Below, piece after piece: positions 12,603 to 27,800 of a stretch of 64,000 bases of DNA. A model generated the notes under the pieces. That model did no database searches, was not told the DNA's origin, and worked only from the letters and a program-made list of their open reading frames with translations. Made by a program: the position numbers and the translations under genes. Every line of letters begins with the position of its first letter. Position 1 is the stretch's first letter. Origin of the DNA: Trichoplax adhaerens (lineage: Eukaryota > Animalia > Placozoa); contig NW_002060943.1 in assembly GCF_000150275.1 (NCBI RefSeq), forward strand, positions 10,696,209 through 10,760,208, read 5' to 3'.

Positions 12603-13081
12603 CCGAAGAACCAAAAACGAACAGTAGCTAGATTATTTTGAAATAATAATAAATAATAATAAGGTGGATATAGTGAATAATAGTATACGAGTAAGACGCG
12701 TATAATTCAAATTGATTCAGATGCGTAAAACAGTAATAGGTGTACTGTATAGTGACATATACAGTATCTCCTCAATCATTAGAATTTATAATTTATGGGC
12801 CAGTATCCCAAGTGCCATACCGAAATGGTGTGCGTATATTTTCGCTTTATTGAAGCTACAATTATTCGACCCCCTAAAAAACGTAATCATTGCTAACTTA
12901 GGTACGACAACATTACAAGAATACCATACTTAGCAATGCTAAATGTGAATATGACTTCATCTGTTAACTTAACATCAATTAAGCCAATTCTTCGATGTTG
13001 TTAATCTTTTCCAGGATGTTATTTATCGAATTGATAAATAAAAAGCCAAAAATAATGGACATGTATTTCTAAATCGATTCA

Positions 13082-16000
13082 TTATCTAGCATCAGAGATC
13101 TCTGGGAGTTGCAAATGCTCTAGCAAACGATTTAATTTTTTTTCTATCTCCCGATTTTGCTTGTTATTTAGTTCGATGCTGGTGCTGACGTCATCAATTT
13201 TTCGGTGCAATTCATTTAATTTCTCATGTACTGCTTCGCTAATACTATTTCCGATATTTGAAATGGAACTGTTTGTTGATTCTACGCAGCCAGGGGCATG
13301 ACTTGCACCCTTTAAGAATTCAGAATTACTATCATTGTTTTGATCATCGTTGGAAATATCTTTAGTCTTTTTTATCCAATCTTCTGGTAAATCCATTGCT
13401 TCCTTTAATAACCAATGAAGATCTTGCAAGCCTGTGTAATAAGTAAACCGTTGATGTATATTGATTGATGGCATATTTTTGGCCATGGCAATTTCTAGAG
13501 AACCGTTATAATACCCAAACTTTTTACTATCGGTAGCATCATTGGCGTAAATAAATCCATCTTCATCAACTATTCCTCCTTTAGATAAAAAATCGACAAC
13601 TTTACAAGTCATTTCCGTTGATAGACCCAAAGGTCCACGAAACGGGATGTCATAGCTACGCTGAGAAATTAATACAATATAATCTTTAAGATGGCTTGTA
13701 GGCAACATTGTATCTTGCACTGTTGCACGAAATAGCTTATCTTCTAAAGGGACGTAGCCAAATTCTATTTTAGATATAATCTGTTCATTTAATACGCCAA
13801 TTAATAAAATAATAATAGCATCGGCAACTAAATAGATCGGAGATAAATATGATTCTTCCTTATTAGAATTTGTCCATGTATTAGAAATGGGCAGGCCTTT
13901 AATTTGATCATAGTAGTAGTGCGTAAACTTTAAGGCAGTTTTATGGGATACCTAGCAAGTGCATACGAATGTATATTGCATAAGTAATTAATTTCAGAAA
14001 TTACCATCTATCTTTTGTGGTCGCTACCTAATCTTTACGGTATTAGCTCAACAGTTGCTAAAATTACTGTATCCACTGGCATTACGGCAGTTAACACAGT
14101 TTCTTTAAATATTCAGAATTGCAAACATTACTTATTACATCCTTTTATAGCACATGCTTTAGAGATAATACGTTATGACAGACTGGATAATTCCGAAAAC
14201 GAAAGTGATCCTAACAGTACGACGTTAATAACGTTCAATCTTACACTCTGTAATTTTGCAAAAGACGCCATTAAAGAAATTGATCGAGCGTATTTCGCTT
14301 GCTTTCTCTCATTGGATGTTCCAACATAAAAGCTTGCCGGCTTGAAAATTAACTAATAACAATAATTGCGATTGATTTATCAATATTATCGGATATTATC
14401 TTTAAGATTAAAATACAACGTAATTGCTTAATACTCTTATAAAGCAAAAGGCACTAAAATTGACAAAGATATTTGTATTTTTTTTGTAGACATGTTCGAA
14501 TTATAACGCGACCTTTCATTACTGTATGTTAGCGTAATTGTTATACGACTACATTATTTTGTAATTTTAGCTACGAATCTGGTGCGATAAATTTTTCTAT
14601 CCATTAATTTACTTACGGTATTCAATAAATGGCCAACTAAAGGAAACAAGTTCACTGCATCTCCTACTGCTGTAATAAAATTCCGAAACTTGGCAGTAGA
14701 TTTATCGTTAGATGCAGATAAATATGGTCCTGTTGCTGCCTAGATGAAGAAATAGCCGATTAATAGACATTATCAAACGATAAAGTACATTTAATGATAT
14801 AGCACAAAACAAGGATCAACATGGATATCCGGCTCGTACAATATTAAATGATTTCGCCTTTAGATACACATTTATCAATATTTACTAACTCTTCTAACCT
14901 TGCTACTAATAAAAATTTCTTCTAATTTCGTTTGAATATGATTATAGAATAATTTCAACTTTGACCTGTTGATGGTATATCTTTTTTTAAGAACGTTAAT
15001 ACAACTATGACAAAGTTGCTTGACTTTATCAACTGGGATTTGATCTCCAGAAATACCAATAGCGATCCAATCGTCTTTAATTTTTTGTTCCACTACATTT
15101 TCAACTTCGTCTCCGCGATGAATGTCATTATGGGTGATCTCAATATCTGGATATTCTAAGCAAACAATAAATAAATTATTTTACATGCAAATTTTAATAT
15201 AATCTTACAGCTGATTTAGTGCCTCCTTAGGCTCAACCTGATTAACGCTATTAGCGTTTATTTTTAGCAATGCTAACATTTATTTCAACTAAACAATTGC
15301 AAAGTATTGTACACCGTCTTCAATAAGACGATTTCTCATACCTAGTCGTGTGTCGCCTCTAATAAATTGGCATGCAGTACATTCCTGCTGCACATAAAAC
15401 TGACTACGTGCTTTACGCAAATAGATGATTCCTCATACGTAGCTATGTGTAATCACTAACAAATTCATACAGCAGGAACGGCAACAGACTACTTCAACTG
15501 TGATGTTAAGTAATCGTGAACTACAGTTCCATACTATTATTTATACGAAAGAACATATCGACAGAGATCTACGAAATATCATACTGCAATTTACTATTGG
15601 CAGTATCAAGCTAAGTAGTAAAAGGGTTTACCAAGGGGATTACGTGCTGTATCTATCTATCTTTTGATGATAATATCTCTACGAAATACGGTAGTACATT
15701 CGCCTTCTTAGCAGACACTAATCAAAACTGTTAGATTAACAGTCTATAGCGTTTATGTACATGAAATAATTTCATTAAAATAAAAACTCTACTACGTTCA
15801 ATTCTCAAGTATAAACAGTCAATTTTGCTGTATTGCTTATTCTGATCGACGTGTAGCGTGTATATAGTAGAGGTGTAGTTATTAAATAACAGTAGCAAAC
15901 GCATCTTATTGAATTCCAAGTAAAAGGAATCAAAATTTAATAATCCTCTAACTCTATATAATTTTAGCACTTCGAGATGATCTACGCCAGCTATTTTGGC

Positions 16001-16917
16001 TATAGCTCACGAAGTATATTCAATTTAGGATTTAACATACAGTTGCGTTATTTTTGAATTATAATTTATGGTGAACAGATATTTTTATGGCCTATTTCGT
16101 AGTGATAAAATCTATGTAAGATTGTAAGTATGATGGGCAGAAAATCATTACGAAAGCTTGATGAAATACATGACGGTGGTCAAGCAGTTTAAGAGGTTTA
16201 ATTTTATTGGGTATCGAACTCCTACTCTCATACTTATCTCTTCTGTTAAGAGTAATAACTTACCACTTAGTAAGACATCATCTATAAATTTATTATGTTG
16301 CATAGGACTTTTGTCATTAGAAAGATTCCCTCCATCTATTTCGTCATACCCTGGGTAAGTATCGTTGCGAAGTTGATTTAATTCCGTTTTTAAATCTATT
16401 TCGGCTGATAAAAGAGCTTGATTTTGCGAATCGATATCTTTCCGTGAACGTTGGTACTACGAAGTTTATATTAAATAGTGACACTATATTATTTCAATTG
16501 AGAGCCATAACTATCTAAGTAATGATTCTTTATGTGCTTGTAGTGTCAAGCTATATTATATATCCGAATTAATTCTTTCGTATGTCTGCATGCAATAGCT
16601 TATGCACTGTACCTTATTTTTCAAAGCTTCTAGACAAACGTTGAAGAATTCATCATTAGTGAATTTCGAAGGCTCTTGCTGTAATTCTTGACCTGTTACA
16701 GTCTTCCATAATGACTTTAGATAGGTTTCATCATTTTCATTAACTGACGACTCTATGTTGATAAGAGTGAAATCTGACCAAATTTTCTGTTTTATAACTA
16801 TGACAAGTTAACTTGATACAGGTATGGCCTAATATCAGAAGTACTGCAAATTTTATCACGATTCCTATGTCTACGTAATATCATACACAACTCCATATTT
16901 AATTACTGACCTGCCAT
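13082..16917 (-). CDS. Uncharacterised ~604-aa predominantly helical protein, 9 exons, C-terminal coiled coil
   Basis: Phase-consistent GT-AG model: 16917-16911, 16752-16613, 16456-16264, 15999-15953, 15384-15315, 15155-14899, 14739-14617, 14352-14245, 13951-13082 (1815 nt, open throughout). Starts MAESSVNENDETYLKSLWKTVTGQ; contains LFYNHIQTKLEEIFISSKAATG and GGIVDEDGFIYANDATDSKKFGYYNGS; ends in heptads (EKLNELHRKIDDV..EIEKKLNRLLEHL). Confidence 0.75.
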
Positions 16918-19900
16918 ACTTCTGCATAGATGGAGTAGATTTTACACGACTGTATACTGACTATACAGGCGGTATTGATTTCTTTTCTATCTGCGTACTC
17001 GGCACGTACTGTCAGTAAGTGGTCGTAATGCTTAAACAGATGACGTAAACAGATACTTAGTGCAACCGTCTGTTGGATTAATATATATATAAATTTTATT
17101 GCTGATATCCTAAGTTGAGAGCTAACTATGTTTAGCAGCTTTAATTCTAAAATTATTTACTTATCCCCAGATAAAATATACAGATAATTATATTATAATC
17201 TTATAGCATCTCATCCAGTGCTGCGTAAGTGTGAGTGAACATTTACCGTACATATTACTATAGTTTACGAAATGACCAAAATTCGCAGATGTCCTGTGAC
17301 AAACTTATGTTACAGGTGAATACTAACAATATATAACGTCTACGGGGTGAACGGGAGGGATTTGCTAGCCATTGTTATGAAAGTTTACACTTAAAATTTT
17401 TGTTGGCTTCTATGTCATTGAGTACCATATGGGAAAGAGGAAATGCAATATCGAACTCATTTATCTACATCAAATATTTAAATAGCCTATCTTAGGCAAA
17501 CAACAATCGATACTCAAGGAATAGCCTTAATACTGAGTAGATAAAATATCAGTATCGAGAAATAATACTGGCAGCTATCACATTTTCTAATTTAGTCAAC
17601 GGAGATATTTATCTAATAAATTATTGCTACTTGCCCTATTTTATAATTTAGTTCAGAGTATTTTTAGTACCGTTAGTTACGAAAATTCGTCGTGAACTCT
17701 CAAAGTGAATCTCTATATTAATGATGTGGGTAAATAGCTGCAGTTTCTACTCTTTACGAGATAGCTTTGCGATGAAAATAACCCTGAAACAAATCTTTCT
17801 AAATTCACGAAGTTTCGGGAATCACTTCTCCCTCCATAACTTTTGAAGCCTGCAGCAATATAGTGCTTGGGTTTTATAACCCCTTAGATTCGTAATCGTC
17901 TAACTCACAATCTAAGTTATTAAAATTGAGCAAATCTCTAACGTGACACACGATTAGTTAAACACCATGTTTAACCTTAACAGTATCGTATATTAATAGA
18001 ATGCTTGACGATTATATAGCTGTCTATTGCGGCCTTATACTCACATAGTATGAATAGTATAAGTACACCGTTTCATCATCAGCAATCATGAAATTACCTT
18101 ATAAGCATAGTAGACTATTCTACTTCTTAATGCTGCCGTACTTCAATTACTATTGTAATTAGCTGAAACTACTACAAGCAACTAAGATGCATTCGCTTTG
18201 ATGCTAATTAGAAATTAGAGACCCAATTTTATTATACATATCGCCAAGCTGTTATACTTTACGGCTGCCGCTGTAAAAATTGAGCGATAAATCTTATATT
18301 CAATTGCTTAATTAATAGAGCAATATTTAAGAGCATAGTAACCATCTAATGACTAATTCTAGATAATAGAATAACAATACATCTATTCACAGAATATAAT
18401 ATTCAATCTAGTAGCAGTTGCAATTACAATTACAAAGTTCGTAATGCACCCAATTAATTTTTAGCCACTATCTAAAAACACCAATTGCTGTGCTATACGC
18501 CGTATACCTACTTTATACTGTAGCATAATAATTAGGTGATTCCCACTGCAAGTGTTCAATCTCAAATTTTCAATCGCCTTATGAGAATATCAAATTAATT
18601 AAATTTACTAACCTACCCTTCACCTTCGTTTGTGTTAAAATTTTCGCTTACTTTCAACGGTCTATAATAAGTACAGTCGCGTCTTACTAGTACAGTATTT
18701 GTCTTTATTGATGACTGAACGAAATTGAGATTAATCGATTAAGTAACTAACTCCCAAAAATGATAAAATACGAGCCCTTTTATAGCCTCAACTTCGACAT
18801 CGGTGCCGTACCGTTTGATAGGATTGCGGTAATTACTGTAATATTCTGAACGTTAACGTTCTACATCAAGCACTAACATGCAGCGATCTATTACACTGTA
18901 TAGTCTGATTGCAGTTAGCTAGTCCTTGGTGGTTCTGAAACGAACCTAATCTTATGTAATAAAGTGAAGCTTATAAGAAACTGTAGTTCTTTTATATTTT
19001 TGAGGAGACGCTTTATCACATTGTCACAAAACAGCTTCGTAATCGTACTTAAACTAAACTATCTACTCTTTAAGGTTCCCCGACTAACTCCGGAGATCCT
19101 CAGTAAAGGAAAACTGACCATTACTTAACTAAACTTGCCTAATCTAAACTAATTAGATTACCCTAGCTAAGTAACAATAACTGAGAAATGCACTTTCAGA
19201 ATCTTTTAACTATATCTTTATTCTAGAAAATGCAAGTCTAATTTAATATTCAAAATCAATCATTTAAATAGCTTTTCGAGCCATAAAACCGGTTTACGAT
19301 GTGTGATATATTTCGACCAATAAGACTTCGTGAATGCATTAAATTATTCCTAGTCTAATCCAGTGAATTTGTAATATTATTATTGATTAACTTTATGTTT
19401 GCCCTAGCTTATAATTAACAGGATTTATATTGAATTTGCCATTGACAATTCATATACCATATTTAGTATTATTTAACCAGTATTAGGAACAGGTTTATAT
19501 CGGCTATATTAAGTCATCAAATAACTCATGCACATATCCAAATTAGTAACTATCTTAACGTGATACATATATATGTCTAAATTAAGTAAGTTATTATTCA
19601 TCACGGTAGATTCACTACCATGACACTGACTTATTCCTATACTATAGAAATCGAGTCCAATGATATGTTTAGGTTAATAAATATATTTATTGCTAACTAT
19701 TACAACTTAGTACCTAAGTACTCTAGCGTAGCCTCAGTGGAACTAAGATTAAAAATTAATTATTACAACTTTACTACTAGTCACTTATCAAGGAGCATCA
19801 AGCTCAGTAACACACATACACACACAACAATCTACGAATATATGTAGCATGTACATTGATAATTAAGAAATACCTGTAAAACAGTACGGCATTAAGAGCC

Positions 19901-21899
19901 AGATTACTGGAGATAACTCATACTGCCACTAATTATTCCGGACACTTTGTACCATGACACTTATCCATGAACTCTTTAGACTGTACGACTGAAACTTCAT
20001 ACTTATACAAGTAAGCAAATACGCTGTAGGCAATTCTCAAGCGTATAGGGGCAGTTAGAGAGTACAAAGATGGAATCAATCATTAATCATAATTATACTG
20101 TTCCATTTGATGCGAGTGATGCTTATAATCTGTCCCTGCTATCTACGAGAAAAATTTGAAAAATTTCTTAAGAGTGAATCTATGATTATTTTATAATTTA
20201 TGTAATTACTATGCAATTACACTGTACTTAATATACATACAGTGTGAACTTCATCTACAGATAGTTACTGTAGCAATTTGTAAAAGTATTTTAGCTTCTG
20301 ATAAATTAAAATACAAACAAGTGCAGCTAAAGTAAATTGATGTTTCTATCTCAAGTACACACTTATTATAAGATTGATAACTTTTATTTCTCGTAATAAA
20401 TATTCGGTGGCAACCAAATACATAAACTTCAAGTCCAATAGTAAAAGTATGGATAGTTTAACAAAGGTCTCTCTATATCAATTGTTTTTAAATTTAAGTA
20501 GATATCAATCTATATATCTTTTAAAAATTATTTTGTAACACTACTGTACAACTACGAACACAATTTAAAGCTTTTACTTGATCTCCTATCGTGTTAATCA
20601 TAATTATTAATTTAGAACCACCCATATTTAAAATGTTGTCAACTGTAGTACAGTATTATATGGTAAACAAGTCTTATATTCAATGAGACAATATTTAGAT
20701 GCGAAGCAGAAATTTATAAAACAATTGATGCGTCCTGATAAACTGCACGTCTAAACAGAGCTTTATTGTTTACTGATATAAACAATTTTATTAACTAGAG
20801 ACTATAACAAAGGAAACTATCGCTCAAAAGCGTTAGAGAGTTTTTATACAGGAGAACGTACTTTAAAATTTGTTTAAACATACCTAGATAGTGCCGTGCT
20901 TTCTGTATTGGAGTAATAAGGAGTAAAACAATTTGAATTATTACATCGTAGTGAAACTTATACTAGTGTCTTTTAGATCATTTTTACACCCCAATTTGTA
21001 TCTACATGGAATTATCGCAAAATATTAAGTAATTTTTCAGTAAGTAAAAAATTATACCTGGAAGATATAACAAATGATATCAATTAGTCTCTTTCGATTT
21101 CTTGGTTACCAAATGACAGTAAAAATATGATGGATGTAAGAATTATGTATGCATTTCATACACACTCTAAGAGAAAAACCTTTAAGTTAGACATCATGTT
21201 TCTGATACCATGAACTCGGAAGTAGTAACAACATTGGATCTGTAAATACTAATTGATATCTTAACAGTGAAGGTAGTGCTATTCTTATCACATACTACAA
21301 TATAAATAAATAAAATTTGAGGGCATTATTGAACAAGCTGTAATTTACAATATATCTCTCAATTTACTTAGAAATTTATGAGTTACATTTCATTATTTAT
21401 ACAAATCCATTCAAAAGACGTCAGTTTTATGACGATATAAGACAACGGAGACAATTGCCTGTAATAAGATTTCGAAACAGGGTTTACTTTCTTTTTTAAT
21501 TCTGTATTGTTATATGAATAAATAATATAAAATATTTTGAATTACTAGAGTTAATATACTCGAAATAACCCATGAATTCATACTATTACCCCTGAATTAT
21601 GAGTACTAGTAAACTACCCATTCAAATGAACGGGAACATAATCTGCACAAAGCAATAAATTAAAAAAAATTTCCAGCTAAATTATCTTAATATATACGCT
21701 TTCTAGATAATTTCTGAAGCTGACTCCAATGTTTTAACTCGCAGAATACCTAGATACTGATAGACAAATAATTACTCTGAAGTTATTATCGTTTAAGTAA
21801 TTCGAGTTTTCTTGATCTGAATAACTTTTACTGTCGTTCTTTACTGTAGTAATATTACATATAAAGTTCGTTTAGAATCCAAGTATTTCATACTTAGAA

Positions 21900-24800
21900 A
21901 TGAATAATAGATTTAATTTACTTTTTCTTATCTTCATCCTCCGGAGCGTTTCCTCTTATAGTGAAAAAATAAACTTGTACATTGGTGGTTTCTTCCCAAT
22001 AGATAATGTTGGTTGGAATGGAAGTGGCTTAATACCAGCTGCTCAAATGGCTTTTGATGATATAAACGCTAGAGAAGACATTTTACCTAATTATCAACTC
22101 AGCCTAATTATTGGAAATACGAAAGTAAGCAGTAATTGTTACGCTAATACCGTAGATACAAATTTATGAATTATTATTTTATTAGTAGGTTTAATTTTCT
22201 AGCAGTCGTAGTACTGTATGTAATTGATTTGTCAGTTTCCAGAATCTCATTTAAAATTTCTGATTTTTTAAACTTGCTTAAATTTTGAATTCTAATATAA
22301 ACGTATAGCTTAATAAATTTTTATACCAAGAAAAGCATTTAGGATCATTGAAAATAGCCTGACTTCATATAAATATTCATTTGGCATTGCTATCAGTTTG
22401 CAAGCCAATTCTTATAAAGTCATGAAATTGTCAAATTTTTGGGTATCTTTAGTTGTTCTACTACGCCTATATCGGATTTTCATAACTTTTTCTTGAGAAT
22501 GGTGTTAATAAAACTGCGCATGAAGCTTCTCTTCCGGTATTACTTACTAAAAGTCTGTTAGGAGAATGGTTTCGTCTTATGATTTACCCGAAGCATTAAA
22601 TAATACGTACATTACATAGCCCTTAAATAGCAACCTATAATGAAAAATATTTTTGTACTTCTCATAGGCATCAAGCGATTTAGGCGTAAAGGTTTTATTT
22701 GATTTTATACGTTTACCGCCCCAAAAAATTATGCTGTTGGGTTGTGGATTCGCTCGAGTGACATCGGCAGTGGCTGGAGTTGTAAATTATTACAATTTAG
22801 TCCAGTTTGTATTATATTTTCTTAACTAATCACACTCTAGTGTAAACAGCCTTCACACCGAAAATACAATGTAAAAATGGCAGATTAGTTAACCCACCTC
22901 ATATTTTGTATTCATAGTAAACTTAAATTAGACACTTTTTAAAGTGCAGCAAATGATTCTATTAAAGGGAATAACAGAAAGCGATTCACAAAATTAAAGC
23001 TATCGCTATAATTGTAAATTTATTACAATCGAGAAGTGAACTGGCTTGAAATAAAATTGCACGGGTAGAATACCGTACCTCATTGTCCATTTAGAACAAG
23101 ACAGGTCTCATGGACTTGAAAATAAGTTCTTTCATACATTCCCACAGCTAATCTGTAAACAGTTGTAATATATTAAAGATCTTACTTTCAGTGTCTTGGT
23201 TGATAAATAGAATTCACTTTTGCTCTTAATGATTTTTAGCAACTTTTAAAGTTTTACATATCCTGCAGTAAATATCGTATAGAGGCATGTTTCGTTTCAA
23301 GTAACGCATAATAATTCTGGTTTCATTTTATTAATTCTCTTAATAAGCTTAATTTATATTGCTATGACTAATTTTAACACAAGTCGGAATAATATGATAA
23401 GACATGTTGGGAAATTTTATGCTAGCTTTACATTAATTTGCGGACAATATTCCATCGTTAAGGGTGACAAAAGAAAGTTACTCTTCTTAAATTAATGTAA
23501 AATTACAGGGTCATGTCGATATTCATATGATATCCATCGATGCAATCAGATAATAAATAAAATCTTCAATTAGTATTAACACTTGAACAATGTTTGCGGC
23601 TACAAAGACGATATACGAGATAATATATTTAGTCAACGTATACAGATAATACAGTAGCCATTAGTATTCAATATTCTGTATGCTATTATTGCCGAATAAG
23701 ATACATGAACCGTATAATAACGGCTAAAAATAAGCACACAATAACCTCGTAAAATTTTAATTGAAGTTAAACTTGTTAAATACTAATTGCGTATTGGAAA
23801 TGTTTGATTATGCGTATTAAACTTAACGATTTTATCTCGTTATTTCATTTTCATAACGAAAAATCATAAAAATCAAGTAGCTATTAAACCAAATCGCTCC
23901 TATCTGTGATTATTGAATCTTTCAGACAACTTTCTCTTCGGAAAGTATTTTACTATCAGACAAAGAAAATTTTCCATACCTTTTTAGAACTTGCTTTTCT
24001 AACGGTGCTTGGAATTTACCGCAAGTCATGTTACTTAAATACTACAATTGGACTAAAGTAGCTATCATTGCGAGAAGAAGTGAAATTTACGATGTGGTAA
24101 GTTAAGATATGATATTGATGAATAGATTAAAGATTACGAACCTATCATAACATTAAGTATAAAGTTGATTCATTTATCTTGCTCATGTACATATAGTATC
24201 ACGTCATATATTTCATCTAATAGAATATACAGAATACTTTATTTATCAAACATTAAACACAATGATTTTGATATTTTTGAATTAGAGTATGGAAAGACTA
24301 CTGAATGATTTACATCACGCTAAAATCCAAGTCATCACAACTGAAGGATTTATTCCTGGAACCAATTTCGACCGACAAATTGGAAATCTAAAGGTACCGT
24401 ACCATATGCAATGTATTACAAGTGGTTGCAGAATCGGGTGTTGACAGATTTTTTAAATCTTCTTCTTGGAAACAGTATTAACTCTTGAGTACACACTCTC
24501 ATTCAAGGACGCTAATTTTATATGTGCTAATTTTATATATGTTAACACGTTTAAATTTTTCGCAATTATCGCATTCGATAACGTACAAATTCACAACTAG
24601 GCGATTCGCAAACTCTCGATTTCACGATTTAAGAAACATTTAAAAATTACGGTTAAATCTTGGTACATTAACGGTGTAAAAGTATGTCCTCAAGTTAGAC
24701 TGTAATATTATTATATTATATGAAAACTATGAAGTATTTGTGGACAAATATTCTAATTCGCAGCTTACAATGACAATATCAATAGGAAGAAGATGTACGA

Positions 24801-27800
24801 ATCATAATTGGACATTTCCAAGAAGAAGACGCATTGGAAATATTTTGCCAGGTTAGCTTAAAACTATTACATGTTCGAAATTCTTGTATCAATGCTGTAC
24901 TACGCAACGTAAATATTATCTGCTAGTAATATAATAGGTATTTTTTAGACAAGAATATCTTACAAATAAAATTTCTGTAAACTTGACGTAACTTTGTAAT
25001 ACAACATTATAGTAAATTGTTAAAATGAGAGTTTCGCACAAGTGGTGCAGTCTAAGATAGTTCATGTTTATAGATTGGGTCTTAAGGTTATATAAAAGTG
25101 TTTACTCATCGTTAGTTAGATACCATAGTCCCTGGTTGTGATTGATTTAATAATATAATGAAATAAAAAAAGAAATCAAGGGTCTTGTCGTATTGTTTCT
25201 GAGATGCTCGTTCTTCATCACCATATAATATGTGCATATTGGAATATTAATAAGAATCTATTTTAGATGTATCAAATAAAAATTGTACTATACAGTAACA
25301 TAGAGTTCTAATGCGAAAAATCTTTATATTTAATACATTAATCAAGCTTTAAAATGAAAGCAATGAAAAACTGTTGGTATTAGATATGTAATGGTTAATA
25401 TTGCTAATCTGTGAATAAAATCGAATTCGCGTAGAGGATCTTAATTATTATGTCACTAAATAGAATATTAGTAATAATAAGTAGCATTTGCATAAGTTAT
25501 GGTATTTCAGGAACCTCAAAATTATGTAATGCGGTCTCATAAACGTTCATCTAATATGTATATCGTAATTTATGAACAGTTTAAATAATGTCAGACACTG
25601 TAAGGCCTAAATTTAAATATCCCAATAATTTTAACATAGAATATCGTATCGTACGGTATATCTAGGCTTACAAGCATGGAATGTATGGAGCTGATTATGT
25701 CTGGATTGTACCTGGCTTTCTGTCTTCTACGTTCTGGGATAAAGCCGTTAACGTAAAACACGTTAATTGTACACCACAAGAAATTGCCATAGCCGCCAAT
25801 TATTCTCTCTCAATCGATTTTGCTACGATTAATACTGCTGATGAAACTACCATATCTGGCATGGTTCGATGCTTTATTTTTCTATACTGTATTATCCTTA
25901 TCGTACTCCTATATCTGATCTAGCTCAGATTAAATATGATATATGTCTATGTTATATTTTTTACATATACATAGACACCACAATCATTTGATATTAGATA
26001 TCATAACTGGCCATCAATTGTCAATCATACTTATTGGCCTAATAGTTACGCTGGTTTTACATACGATGCTGTTTGGGCAGAAGCTTTAGCTTTAAACAGT
26101 TCTCTTAGTCGAATAACAAAACTTAATCGAAGTTTGGACGATTTTCGGTACAGCGATAGTGAAATGGCAGGAATTTTTAAAGAGGAAATGTATCGAGTCA
26201 ATTTTTCTGGGATAAGTGTAAGTCTTTATATGAGCAATATTAAGATTATTTAGCGAAAAGTGTTAAATGTATAGACGAATATCAATATCTTAAGACGACA
26301 ACAGTAGTTTATTATAAATTTCTAGTTTTACAAATGATAGTCGATCTCTAATATTTAATTAGCAATCCTTGAAAATTAACTTTGAGCCAAATAGCGTATT
26401 TTTACAGAGTTATTTTGGCGCTGCCCTTTTATTATTTACTCGCTCTAAAAATTATATACGATATAACTTTACTAAAATTGTTACTAACTATATAGTGGAT
26501 ATTGTCGAAATAAATGGTTACATTAGCATGCATGATTCAGAGTAAAACTTGATCGAATTTGAAAATACCCAAATACTTAAGGATAGCGCTTGCTATTTGA
26601 TTGCAGTAATTGTGGATATGTGATGGATTAATGATTTAATAGCTTAATTTTATATTTTATTAACTGATTGCTCTTGCTTCCATAGAACATGATCAAATTC
26701 GATAAATACGGTGATGTACATCCTCATAATACCTATTTAGTTCAACAGCAAGGTCAGAAAAGTTGTTGTAAGATACAGTATATCTCAAAAGTCGTTATGA
26801 AGTAGTGAGTAATGTATTAACAATGTTCCAATGCAGTTATAATATTATTTTTGGATGTATTTGTGTATTATAATCACTATATAGGCAATGCTAAGAGATT
26901 TGTAGCTACTATAATAGCTAAAGAGAATCTAATAGATTTCAATACAATCCCTCCAAATGTTATTAAATGGGCAGGTTTGACGTAAACTTTTATTAAGAAT
27001 GATAATTTCATATTCGAAAATAACAAGGTAGCCATTTTTAGGGCCATAGGGTTGTAACTATCATGTAATACATTAGCTTAAGTGATTTGGATACACTACA
27101 ATAATTTCGTTCCTACTTTCATTAGGTAATGGACCTCCAGTTGATCAGGTCAAACGTGTTTACCGTCTGTTAAGAATCCCTTTGGCTATATTTATAATCA
27201 TGACTATCTTATCTTGCATTGCTATATTAATAGCAGTAGCCTTTCTGATTTACAATGACAAAAACAGAAATAAAAAGTATCGTGATGTACTGTACAAAGG
27301 CACAGTATATTAAACCTGCGGAATTTATTTATTTAGTATCTAGATATATTATTGATAAGTATAGGAATTGCTGATGTAGTCTTTATAAGTGCTATCACTT
27401 TGCATCAGAAAGCGCCATGCATCGATATTGTTTATCTACAGTAGCTTTCAAACCAAGTGAAACCATTCCGTGTACTTCTATTCATCGTGCGATGTATAAC
27501 TTACGCTAACAAAAATTTACGAAATCGGTCATTTTTCATACTTTATGATGTTTAATACAAAATCACAAAGAAGCTAGTAATTCACAATTTTTTGATTAAA
27601 ATATTTGTACTGTACTAGCGTATTCATCAGATTAGCTATATTTTGCATAGTATCTTAGCAAAAGTCGGTTCAGATGAGACTTCTGCCGTGCCTCTAAAGG
27701 GCTTTTCTTTGATTTAAATAATCAGGCATTTAAACCAATTATTTATTAAACATATAGCGATTAGTGAGAGAAAATTCAAATGTGTTGGTTTAATCTTGAA

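Noticed and set aside
12320-12641. Cys/Val- and His/Thr-rich ORFs
   Set aside because: These are translations of the (CA)n microsatellite.
14015-14329. 104-aa plus-strand ORF
   Set aside because: It is antisense to an exon and intron of the minus-strand gene and has no recognisable motif.
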